From positions 34,333 through 98,332 of the forward strand of contig JAPLFO010000139.1 in NCBI GenBank assembly GCA_026390635.1: a stretch of DNA of 64,000 bases, given 5' to 3'. The stretch comes from Ignavibacteriales bacterium. GTDB taxonomy: Bacteria > Bacteroidota > Ignavibacteria > UBA10030 > UBA8401. Below the pieces are notes generated by a model, which ran no database searches, was not told the origin of the DNA, and saw only the letters and a list, made by a program, of their open reading frames with translations. Shown in pieces: positions 31,771 through 40,821 of the stretch; position 1 is the stretch's first letter, and each line of letters starts with the position of its first letter. A program made the position numbers and the translations under genes.

Positions 31771-32739
31771 ATGTGGACTGCAGCTATTCTTGCCGCATTT
31801 GTCTGTATATGGATAGTGTTTGAATATAGACTTCGTAAGCCCGATCAGTTGGTGCTTCGCGAAACTGCCAAAGGACTGACAATCCGCACGGGACGTTTCT
31901 ATCCGCGTCATTTCAGTCTGGCAATGTCCCGTACCACTCACTCTTTTGCCGTCACCGTGGATGCTTCAGCAAAAGGAAACCTCGATGTGCGCGTGAAAAT
32001 TGCCGTTTCAGTTACAGCGTCCACAGATAATATTTTCGCTTTAATGCGGGTAGGAGGCTGGAATTCCGGAGCGGTTGAAAAGGCAGCGAAAGAACTGGAA
32101 TCGATTTTCATCGGAACAGTAAAAGGATATACCGAACATTTGGATATTGAAAGCATTTCGTCTGCGCAGATTGCACAACATTTGATGCAAAGTGCAAAAA
32201 ATGTTCGGGAGACATTGGGTCTGGAAATTCTATCATTGTCGATACTTTCTTCCGAACCGGTGAACATACAGATATCGGAAGCGCTGCGGCAGAGAGAAAG
32301 CGCGCGCATTCTCGAACAAACAGAAATGCTGAATCAACAGGCACGCGTTGCCACCGCAAGAGCACGTGCTGCTGCCGATGAGGAGATAGCGTTGGTTGAA
32401 CATCAACGCGAGGTGAAACAGATTGAACTGAAGACAGCTTCTTTCGCAAAAGAGTCCCACCTACAATCTCTGCGTGTGGAAGAAGAGATAAAACACACAA
32501 AACTGCGTCTGGAGATGGAAAAGAAAGAACTCGACCTTCTCAAAGGAAGTCCCGAGTTGCTGATGTTGACACCACAGGCGGCGAGGTTGGCCGAAGCAAG
32601 CCAGGGACTGAAAAACGCGCGAACAGTCGTCTCCGTTGGATCAAAGGAAATTGCACAAGGAGTTGAACTGTTTGGTATTTTTCAAAAAGTATTCGAACAA
32701 GCCGTCACGACATACAAGCAGAAATCAAAAGACAAATAA
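31771..32739 (+). CDS. SPFH/band-7 (flotillin-like) membrane protein
   Basis: 322 aa with an N-terminal TM helix, an SPFH domain, then an Ala/Glu-rich coiled-coil (…ARARAAADEEIALVEHQREVKQIELK…). Its stop TAA is immediately followed by the ATG of the next gene. Confidence 0.75.
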   Translation: MWTAAILAAFVCIWIVFEYRLRKPDQLVLRETAKGLTIRTGRFYPRHFSLAMSRTTHSFAVTVDASAKGNLDVRVKIAVSVTASTDNIFALMRVGGWNSGAVEKAAKELESIFIGTVKGYTEHLDIESISSAQIAQHLMQSAKNVRETLGLEILSLSILSSEPVNIQISEALRQRESARILEQTEMLNQQARVATARARAAADEEIALVEHQREVKQIELKTASFAKESHLQSLRVEEEIKHTKLRLEMEKKELDLLKGSPELLMLTPQAARLAEASQGLKNARTVVSVGSKEIAQGVELFGIFQKVFEQAVTTYKQKSKDK

Positions 32740-35700
32740 ATGACGGTCTCTTCATTTCATCTCAAACCGCTGAAAGCGGCGAAGGTATCGGAAATAAGCG
32801 AAGCAACGGCGTCATCCGCCGTGGCACCGGCGGACCGTGTCAATTTCCATATAGGAAATCCAGTGCAGGATACGCGCCTGACGTCGGCGTACTTGCGCAT
32901 GGTTCTTGGAGTGGATATCAACCGCGAAGAACTTGCCGATTCCAATGTGCCGCAATTGCTGCACTTTCTGGGATGGAAGGAGAAGGACGAGGAGGTTATT
33001 GCTTTCTATAGGACGCTAATCCAACGAAGTTCGCCGTACACTCCCCGTGGAGGATTCTCACGCACAGCTCCGCATTCCCTGGTGAAAACTTTTCAGCAGT
33101 GGCTGATGAACCAGCAGGAGCCGCTGGTGTATGATGGAGGAGAAACAAGCGGGCGGCGCGAAATGTCGTTGGGATCCGGCGGAATCGCGGAAGCACTTCG
33201 TGTCTTTTTTCACATGTTGACGCTTTGTGTGGAGATGCGTCCGGTGCACGTTTTTGTTTATGGGACAAGTCTGCCGGCCCCCGTGATGGGGTTTCAGGAG
33301 TTGTTGGTAGAGTATTTGCCGGACGACGAAAAAAAAGCGTTGGAATTTCTTGAGCACGCTCTTGAAGAAAATCCATTTCCTTCCTATGTCGTCCTAGGAC
33401 GAATTTGCAGAGAAGAAACACGGCGCATGCTCCGGTTGTTGAGTATGCGGCACCCATTGTATTTCGTCGAGGCGAATGATGCACCCAACCATCTCTCGCT
33501 GTCGCGCGAAGCAAAACTGGCGCAGAGGGTGATTCGATTTCTATCGGCCGGCATTTTTTCTTCGCGATTCTCCGGACTTTCCACCGTCTTTGTTGCCGGA
33601 CCGTATGAATATCTCGAACTTTTCGACACGATCCATTTTCAGCTCAAAGGAACGCCGTCAGCGTCCGAAATAGAGCTGCTCTCGTATGCCATGACGCATG
33701 ACTTCAGCGCCGTTCCATCCGAGCACATTTCTTCCGACGTTATTATCGACGCTCCTTATGAGGGATTCGGTTTCGGGAACGATCGTGCGTTGCCGCAGAT
33801 CGCCTTCCGCACAGAAGAACGACTTGGCCGCCTCGTTGCGGGGGCGGGGGTAAAACTGAAAGGACTTGCCGATTCGGTTTATCGGCGGACGGAAACTATC
33901 GGTTCCCACATCGGCGATCTTCCATTTATGCAGCCGTTCGATTCGTTTTCCGGAAGGGAAGCAAACAAACTTCTGGAAGACGCACTTCGTTTCATCGATA
34001 GCTCCGAATGGCATGCAGAGCTCACACAGAATTTTCTTGTTGCATTTACGAAGCATCATCCTGAATACCGGTTGAAGAGATGCTGTGCCGCAAGCGGCTC
34101 GTCGCGTACAGCATTGAGTCTGATCGGATTCCACTGCGGGATTTCAGACGTCATTGTTCCAGATCTGAGCTGGACGTACGAGCACTGTTTTCCACGCGTG
34201 GATGCCGTTCCATTGACGGAAGCATTCGATCTTGATGCGGAAGCAATGATTGCCGCTGCCGCCGAAAAGCTTGCGGTCGACCCATCATGGAAAAAACGCG
34301 GGGCGATTGTCCTCAACAATCCGCACAACGCGACGGGAAAAGTATTCAGCGATTCGGCGATCAGGAAACTGATCACGTGGCTGCTGACAAACGGGATCGC
34401 CGTCATCGACGATTTGTCCTATCAAAATGTTGCGCCAAGGGAAGAGTGGGCAGAAGTGCCGACATTGCGTCAAACGGCGGACGAATTGGTGCGCGGCGGC
34501 ATGGTGACAAGCGCACAAACAGATCGTGTAATTACTGTGCACTCCCTGTCGAAAACAGATTGCTTGGCCGGAGCACGCCTTTCGGTTGTGGAACTACGGG
34601 ATGAGCATCTCTTTGAGAAATTCAAGACGATCAACGCAGGAATACCCGCCAACAGCGGTGCAATATTTCTGACGTATTTGTTCTATCGCAATACCAGGGA
34701 ATCGGTGCGCGCGTACTGGCGGCTGCGAAACGCCATATTCCTTGAACGCTCCGCCGCGTTGCAGGCGGCGGCTGAAAATCTTCCAGCAGAACGGAATCCT
34801 TGCGAAATATCCATTATTCCTCCCACCGGCAGCATGTATCCCCTCCTGCGTGTCGGAAAACTTCCTTCGGGACTTTCGCTGGACTGGCTGGCATCAGGTC
34901 TTGCTCGGCAGGGAATCGGGCTGGTTCCTCTCAGTGCATTTGCGCGAACAGAAAAAGGATTTGAGACAGCGCGCCGCACATTTCGTCTGACGCTGGGCGG
35001 AGTAGATGCGGCGGACACCCTGCTGAAAAAAACACGGCGGGTTCTGATCGATCTGAATCATCTGATCGCGGAGGAGGCCGGGCACTACAATCGTACGGAG
35101 CCGCGGCGTTCGTTGCTTGTCCGGCATTCATCGGGAACCGATTTGTGGGATTCGGTCGAACTACGCGTGCTGGAAAACGCGAAGCAATTGGCAGAGAGCC
35201 GGCGCTTCCTGAAAGGAGAGAAGAACTCCGAATCCCTCCGCGGTCACTTTGCCGAGCGGCTTTCCCGCTTCCGGCAGCGCTTTGTGGATCGGCACGATAC
35301 AGCGACAGCTCTTGTGCAGCGTGCACAAGAAAGCAATGGGCGCACACTGAGTGCTGTTCTCGAGAGGGAATTTCATAAAGAGCCGCTTGCCGTGCGCGAG
35401 GAGACATTCCGTCAACGACTCTTCGACCGGACCGTTCATCCGACGCAAATGTACTCTATTCGTTCTGAAGCGGCGTGGGACGTTCTGATTCATGCGACGT
35501 TGCGCGGAAGAAATCCGTCTGAAACGCTGGTGCAGTGTGCGGCGGAGGAAATGCTTCGCGAGTACTACGGCATGAACGTTGCCATCAATTCCGGGGACGA
35601 ATCGCAGGAACTGATTATCGATCTGGATGCAATGATCGCCGCCGAACTTTCGTCCGAGCTTTGGTTCGAACCGTCGCGGGCATTTGTATCGTTCTGGGGG

Positions 35701-38298
35701 GATTGGGACGGCAGCACACGTCCTTCCGGGCAGGGACATCGATTGGTTGCTTCGGTCTTGATTGAAAATGTCACCCGGCAGTCTGCAATTCTTTCTCTTC
35801 TTTTGGCGTGCGAGCCGTCGTTGTCCATCGATCCGTCGCTCCGCACAGCGCTGGAGCACCTCCGCGAGCAGACGGTAAAATTTACGCGGCTCCTCAACAC
35901 GATCACACAACTGACGCATCAATTGGAGAAGCGATATCGCGGGATTCTTCCATTCAACGTTCGCGCAAGTGCTGCGCGGCGATTGGGTATGTCGCTGCAT
36001 CTTGCCCGCGATCCCGTGACGCTGCTGTGGCATCATAACGATCGTTTGGAACGGACAATGCTGGATCTTCGCCGCAAACGTCGCGAGATGCTGACATACT
36101 ATTTTGCGCTGAATAAAAAACTGCGGAAGGAGTTATTCAAACTTATACCCGCGATCCAGCGCAATATTCACGATCCGGCGATTGCACTGGAAGCAGGTAT
36201 GTATCGCGATTTGCTGCGGCGAATGGTTATTACGCCGCGCATCCACCAGAAAATGATTACAGCGCAGGATCAATTTGCAATCGATACAACGGTTCACAAT
36301 ATCAACGAGATCAACGAAATTGCCGGTCGTCATGGCAATCCCGGAATGGTGCTCGCGCTGCAGGTGAGCATGGCGGCAAAAGCGGAAGCACTGATTTCAC
36401 TCGACAGAAAAATGGGAGCTGCGCGCGAAACAATTTTGCGCGAACATCCGGATGCAGATCTGGCAGCGGTCCGGCTGGTGCCGTTGTTTGAGGATCTTGA
36501 TGCCGTAAGCGAGATTCCCCAATATCTGAATCGGGTCTGGGAGTATTGCCTGCAAAGCCGGCGGATGAATCAGGAACCGCGCGAACGTTTTGCGGAAATT
36601 GTGGGAGAAGTCTTTATTGCCGGATCGGACCTGAGCCAGCAAATCGGGCAAACAGCAGGATCGGCCGCATACCGACGTGCAAAAAAAGACCTTATCTTCT
36701 GGTTGGCCGAGCGCGGATTGACGGATGCCGTTCGCTTGAAGATGGGGAGCGGAGAACCGATGCAGAGGCAGGGCGGTTACTATGCAGAGTACTCCGGCGC
36801 GGCGGCATTTCTCCATACGCCCGAAATAGAGCAGCGACTCGTCAGCCAGCTTCATGCATCCACCCGAAAGAGTACGGAATACGCAACGACGCCGTTGATG
36901 GGCGTGTTTGCCGGAGGAGATCTCCGCACATTTCAATCCGCAATTTCGGAACAGCTTCGTTACCTTTCAACCTCCGATCTCTCGCGGCTGCTCCATCATA
37001 TTCGATCGACGCAGCAAACACACCGCAGCGATCTCGTTCGGGCCAGCGAATCATTTGCCGAGACGCGCCTGAAAGGAACGTCGCACGGAACACAGGAACT
37101 GGAGCGCCTCACCATCGGTACGCAGGAAAAGGCATTCGAAGAATTCCTGCCGTTGGTAACCAAGAATTTCCGCCAGATATTGTACGGAGCCGATGACGAT
37201 GTCGTCGGCATTCATCTGATCTCGTACTTCATCGCGAGATCGTCACCAATTCTACGAGATCGTCCGACCGTCCGTCCCAGCCGGACCATGTCCGCAGACC
37301 GCGGACAGAAGATCCTGGAACGCATTGCCGAAACGATTCCATCGTCGCGTTACGGAAGCATGCTGCGGGCGATTGCACATAACCAGGCCCAGACAACCGT
37401 GCTGGGTGTCAATCAATTGACCACCGGATTGTTTCGTGCGCTCGATACGGTTTCGCGGACGGAAACAGGAGAGCGTTCCGTCGAAGCGGCGGCGGTGGAA
37501 CGGATTCTTCCCCATCTTCCGGTCTACGAAATTCTGCAGACGCTCCGATTGTATCACGATCCCGCGCTTCACTATTTGCAGAGAATAGAACGCGCTTTTC
37601 CTGCGGGCAACTCTGCGTTTCTCGCGCTGCGTGAAGACAATGATGCCATGGCAGGATTTGTCGGCATCTTTCAAAAGGAGCTACTCCGGCGTCATGGTGT
37701 CGACGTTCCCGATTTTTTTGACGGTGATACATTTATTCCAGATCTCTTGCCGACACTTCGTCCCGATCTCGCGGTGCTGCTGCAGCCGGATCTCTTCAAC
37801 ACAAATGCCGAGATATTGCGGGAATCCATTCACGGACCTGTTCCATCCTCCTGGACGAAGTCGGTCGATGAACTGCTGGCCGCGCCCCGGAAGATTGCTG
37901 CATGGCGTGAAAACATCTGGCAGATACTGGAGCGGCCGGTATTTCAGCGCGTACAGAGTTTTGCCGAGCTTGCAATTTCGCTTCATTCACTCTCGCGGTC
38001 AACGGGCGCGCCGGAAACAGGCGGGAGCAAAAAGGGATTGAAGCTTTCTCCGGATCTTTCCCATTTCTTCCGTATTGCCCGATCAGACGACGACATGCGC
38101 CAGTTCCTTGCGGCCTCGCTGGAATATCTTTCGTCCATGTCCGGCGGCATGGTGGAGGTGCCCATCAGTATTGTGCGCGCGATGAAAGAAGTCGAGAGGA
38201 TTGCCAAAATTGAGGAGCAGGTGCTGTTGCCCAAAGAGCAGGATGTGCTGCGTTTCTATCTGCTGCAAATAGCCCGGCTCACCGGCGAGAACGGATAA
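32740..38298 (+). CDS. giant (1852 aa) multidomain protein: class I/II aminotransferase-like domain with a large insertion, fused to a full-length divergent phosphoenolpyruvate carboxylase-like domain
   Basis: The aminotransferase domain shows the N-terminal RVNFHIGNPVQDT (as in NLGIGEPDF), AIVLNNPHNATGKVF (NPxNPTG), IAVIDDLSYQN (Asp/Tyr), VHSLSKTDCLAGARLS (PLP Lys and Arg at +8) and a C-terminal small domain ending FRLTLGG at about residue 760. A roughly 420-aa insertion sits between the first and second motifs. The PEPC-like domain shows TVHPTQ at residue 900 (TAHPTE), VPLFEDLDAV at 1247 (VPLFETIEDL), IAGSDLSQQIGQTAGSAAYRRAKKDL at 1293 (GYSDSxKDAG…WAxYxAQ), LKMGSGEPMQRQGG at 1333 (FHGRGGSxGRGG, with His/Arg replaced) and a C-terminal …RLTGENG* (PEPC ends …RNTG). 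Spacing between these motifs matches E. coli Ppc. Confidence 0.65.
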   Translation: MTVSSFHLKPLKAAKVSEISEATASSAVAPADRVNFHIGNPVQDTRLTSAYLRMVLGVDINREELADSNVPQLLHFLGWKEKDEEVIAFYRTLIQRSSPYTPRGGFSRTAPHSLVKTFQQWLMNQQEPLVYDGGETSGRREMSLGSGGIAEALRVFFHMLTLCVEMRPVHVFVYGTSLPAPVMGFQELLVEYLPDDEKKALEFLEHALEENPFPSYVVLGRICREETRRMLRLLSMRHPLYFVEANDAPNHLSLSREAKLAQRVIRFLSAGIFSSRFSGLSTVFVAGPYEYLELFDTIHFQLKGTPSASEIELLSYAMTHDFSAVPSEHISSDVIIDAPYEGFGFGNDRALPQIAFRTEERLGRLVAGAGVKLKGLADSVYRRTETIGSHIGDLPFMQPFDSFSGREANKLLEDALRFIDSSEWHAELTQNFLVAFTKHHPEYRLKRCCAASGSSRTALSLIGFHCGISDVIVPDLSWTYEHCFPRVDAVPLTEAFDLDAEAMIAAAAEKLAVDPSWKKRGAIVLNNPHNATGKVFSDSAIRKLITWLLTNGIAVIDDLSYQNVAPREEWAEVPTLRQTADELVRGGMVTSAQTDRVITVHSLSKTDCLAGARLSVVELRDEHLFEKFKTINAGIPANSGAIFLTYLFYRNTRESVRAYWRLRNAIFLERSAALQAAAENLPAERNPCEISIIPPTGSMYPLLRVGKLPSGLSLDWLASGLARQGIGLVPLSAFARTEKGFETARRTFRLTLGGVDAADTLLKKTRRVLIDLNHLIAEEAGHYNRTEPRRSLLVRHSSGTDLWDSVELRVLENAKQLAESRRFLKGEKNSESLRGHFAERLSRFRQRFVDRHDTATALVQRAQESNGRTLSAVLEREFHKEPLAVREETFRQRLFDRTVHPTQMYSIRSEAAWDVLIHATLRGRNPSETLVQCAAEEMLREYYGMNVAINSGDESQELIIDLDAMIAAELSSELWFEPSRAFVSFWGDWDGSTRPSGQGHRLVASVLIENVTRQSAILSLLLACEPSLSIDPSLRTALEHLREQTVKFTRLLNTITQLTHQLEKRYRGILPFNVRASAARRLGMSLHLARDPVTLLWHHNDRLERTMLDLRRKRREMLTYYFALNKKLRKELFKLIPAIQRNIHDPAIALEAGMYRDLLRRMVITPRIHQKMITAQDQFAIDTTVHNINEINEIAGRHGNPGMVLALQVSMAAKAEALISLDRKMGAARETILREHPDADLAAVRLVPLFEDLDAVSEIPQYLNRVWEYCLQSRRMNQEPRERFAEIVGEVFIAGSDLSQQIGQTAGSAAYRRAKKDLIFWLAERGLTDAVRLKMGSGEPMQRQGGYYAEYSGAAAFLHTPEIEQRLVSQLHASTRKSTEYATTPLMGVFAGGDLRTFQSAISEQLRYLSTSDLSRLLHHIRSTQQTHRSDLVRASESFAETRLKGTSHGTQELERLTIGTQEKAFEEFLPLVTKNFRQILYGADDDVVGIHLISYFIARSSPILRDRPTVRPSRTMSADRGQKILERIAETIPSSRYGSMLRAIAHNQAQTTVLGVNQLTTGLFRALDTVSRTETGERSVEAAAVERILPHLPVYEILQTLRLYHDPALHYLQRIERAFPAGNSAFLALREDNDAMAGFVGIFQKELLRRHGVDVPDFFDGDTFIPDLLPTLRPDLAVLLQPDLFNTNAEILRESIHGPVPSSWTKSVDELLAAPRKIAAWRENIWQILERPVFQRVQSFAELAISLHSLSRSTGAPETGGSKKGLKLSPDLSHFFRIARSDDDMRQFLAASLEYLSSMSGGMVEVPISIVRAMKEVERIAKIEEQVLLPKEQDVLRFYLLQIARLTGENG

Positions 38299-38393
38299 GA
38301 TTTCCGACGGATTTGAATAGAAAGCATTGACCATCCCGGGCAAAGAGTCGGGCACGCAGACGATGGCGGATGTTTTCTTTCAGAATGCCGCCG

Positions 38394-40676
38394 TCATGTT
38401 TGCGGTGACCGTGCTTCCGCAGCGGGAAGCTCAATGAAGAATTTACTGCCAACCCCTTCTTGCGATTCCACCCATACGGTGCCGTTGTGACGTTCTACAA
38501 TCTTCTTCACGAGCGGCAGGCCAAGTCCCTCACCCTGAATAATTCCGCGCGGGTTCAGGCGGTGAAAGAGTTCCCACACCTTCTGCCTGTGCTCGGCGGC
38601 AATTCCGATTCCGTTGTCTTCAACAGAGTAAACGATGCTCTCCCGGTGAAAACTGGCGCCAATTGTGATGACGGGATGACGCTCCGACGCGGCGTATTTC
38701 AGGGCATTGTCGATAAGATTGGAAAACACCTGGTTGATTTGACCGGAATCTCCGTGGCAGGGAGGAAGGTTTCCCGCGATAATGGAAGCATGCGCATTTT
38801 CTATTTGATATTTTAGAGAGTCAACAACATTTTCGAGCAGCTGATTCATGTTGATATACTCAGCGTGAAGATCGATGCGCCCACTGCGCGAGAATCGGAG
38901 GAGTCCACTGATGAGGGAATCCATTTTCTTGCCGCTGCTTTGAATGAAACGCAATGACGTTTCGATATCGTCGGTCAGCGTGGGCAGCGTTTTTGTCTTG
39001 AATGCGTCGGGAGGTAGAAGCGTCTGAAGAAGCTGCGAGAATTCGCGAAAAGAACGCGCAAGCTGCTCGCCAAAGCCAAGGATGTTGATTATAGGAGAAC
39101 GAAGGTCGTGTGATGTAACATACACAACATTTTCCAAATCCTGGTTTTTTTGTGCAAGCTGCACCAGAAGCGCCCCACGCTCGGTCTCGGCAAACCGCCT
39201 GTCTGTAACATCCTGCGTTGTGCCGAACACATCATACACATTGTCCCGCGCGATAGATTCGGCGACAGTGCGCAGGTGGCGGAGGCCGGATTCTCCAGCG
39301 GGAAGAGCGCGATATTCCACACCCATGGGCATTCCCTCATTCAGCGCAGAACGGAATGCCGAGTCCACCATCGGACGATCCTCCTCAACGACCGTTGCAA
39401 GAAAGTCTTTCAGAAAAAGATGGGCATCAGCTGGATATCCCAAAAGACGGCACATCTCTGTAGAGGAATCGAAGAGACCGCTGCGTCCGTCAAAATGCCA
39501 GCTACCGATATGGGCGATGGATTGAGCGCGGTGCAGCTGTGCTTCACTTTCGCGCAGAGCCTCTTCTGCCTTGTTTCGTCGAATGATGTTCATGCGCTGT
39601 ACAAAAATTGCAAGCGCGAGAAATAATATTATCACCGCCGCCGTATTGATGACCGTACGATGGACTTCGTAGAATCCGGGAGGGCGGTTGATCAAAACAA
39701 CGCCGGCGGGAAGCCGCTGATTTGTAAGACCATAGCGCTCCAGGGCGTTGTAGTCCAACACTAAACGATACGGGTTATTGACAACAACCGGAATAAGTGA
39801 CGCATGCTCTCCAGCCAGGATGCGAAGCGCGAGCTCTGCGGCGCGCATTGCATGAGGACGTCCGCCCAAAACGCTGCCACCGACAGCTCCAAATCCCATC
39901 CGCTCACCGTGAACGGCATATACGGGTACCGACGAAGCCTTGGCAAGTATGCGCGAGATATCCGGATGATTAAAGAGCTCACCGGAATTATCCCTGCTGA
40001 ACGACAGCGACAGGAGGATGGTGCCGTCAGAGAGACGGCGGACTGTATCAAGGATCTGTCCGATCGAGAGCGGCGGGAGATAGCGTACATGAATTCCAGA
40101 ATTCAATCCACGTAACCGTTCTTCCGCTTCCCGGCGAGTGGAAAGACCGGTACTGGTATAGTCATGAAGAACAACAATGTTGCGGATCTCAGGCTGCAGC
40201 GCAAGGGCAAGAGAAACGGTGCCGATGATATCCAGATATTCTGCGACACCGGTAATCTGTTGTATTCCCGTCACCATCTCCGGTCGATAGCCATTAATGC
40301 CCATGAAAACAATGGGGATGCCGGGAAAGAGTTGATCCCGAAACCTCACTGCGAAATCAAGAGCTGGATTGTCGAGAACAAAAACGATCGAAACCGGAAC
40401 GAGAGACAACTTTGTTTTTAGAAGATTCTTTGCAGCTTCAAAATGTTCGTAGGTCGGAAAGTGTTTGCAGTCAAGATACTCGATCATCGGATCGATTGGA
40501 ATTCTTGCAGCGGAAAAAGATTCAAGAATTCCGTTCACTTCTTCGTCAGACCAGGAATAGCCGTAATGATACGAATTCAGAATCAGAATGCTTTTCGTGG
40601 TTGATGGAACAGCAGAAGAGGTGGAGAGCAGAAGGAGGCTCATTCCCGCTATCAGACAGATGCGACATCGCCACAT
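38394..40676 (-). CDS. sensor histidine kinase with periplasmic ABC-type substrate-binding-protein-like sensor domain
   Basis: 760 aa with a signal peptide, a roughly 300-aa periplasmic binding-protein-like domain, a TM helix, a PAS-like region, HisKA (VTSHDLRSP) and HATPase_c (…DNGIGIAAEH…GLGLPLVK…). No response regulator is adjacent. Confidence 0.8.
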   Translation of the reverse strand: MWRCRICLIAGMSLLLLSTSSAVPSTTKSILILNSYHYGYSWSDEEVNGILESFSAARIPIDPMIEYLDCKHFPTYEHFEAAKNLLKTKLSLVPVSIVFVLDNPALDFAVRFRDQLFPGIPIVFMGINGYRPEMVTGIQQITGVAEYLDIIGTVSLALALQPEIRNIVVLHDYTSTGLSTRREAEERLRGLNSGIHVRYLPPLSIGQILDTVRRLSDGTILLSLSFSRDNSGELFNHPDISRILAKASSVPVYAVHGERMGFGAVGGSVLGGRPHAMRAAELALRILAGEHASLIPVVVNNPYRLVLDYNALERYGLTNQRLPAGVVLINRPPGFYEVHRTVINTAAVIILFLALAIFVQRMNIIRRNKAEEALRESEAQLHRAQSIAHIGSWHFDGRSGLFDSSTEMCRLLGYPADAHLFLKDFLATVVEEDRPMVDSAFRSALNEGMPMGVEYRALPAGESGLRHLRTVAESIARDNVYDVFGTTQDVTDRRFAETERGALLVQLAQKNQDLENVVYVTSHDLRSPIINILGFGEQLARSFREFSQLLQTLLPPDAFKTKTLPTLTDDIETSLRFIQSSGKKMDSLISGLLRFSRSGRIDLHAEYINMNQLLENVVDSLKYQIENAHASIIAGNLPPCHGDSGQINQVFSNLIDNALKYAASERHPVITIGASFHRESIVYSVEDNGIGIAAEHRQKVWELFHRLNPRGIIQGEGLGLPLVKKIVERHNGTVWVESQEGVGSKFFIELPAAEARSPQT

Positions 40677-40821
40677 AACCGGTCCTTTGAGTAATCAGCA
40701 CAACCTACAATTTTTTGCATTGATTCGCAATTGATGGCGTGCGACCGATACCGTTTGCAGAAAAAAAGTCGTCCGGACGCAGTGCCCTGCGCCCCCTCGT
40801 TTTCGCCAGATGAAAATGAAA

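Noticed and set aside
35161-36036. 291-aa minus-strand ORF, and several other 60-170 aa ORFs, antisense within the giant gene
   Set aside because: They lie entirely inside a strongly supported plus-strand coding frame in a GC-rich stretch and have no family resemblance. They are spurious antisense ORFs typical of higher-GC coding DNA. The same applies to the many short ORFs in the track that overlap confidently called genes elsewhere.
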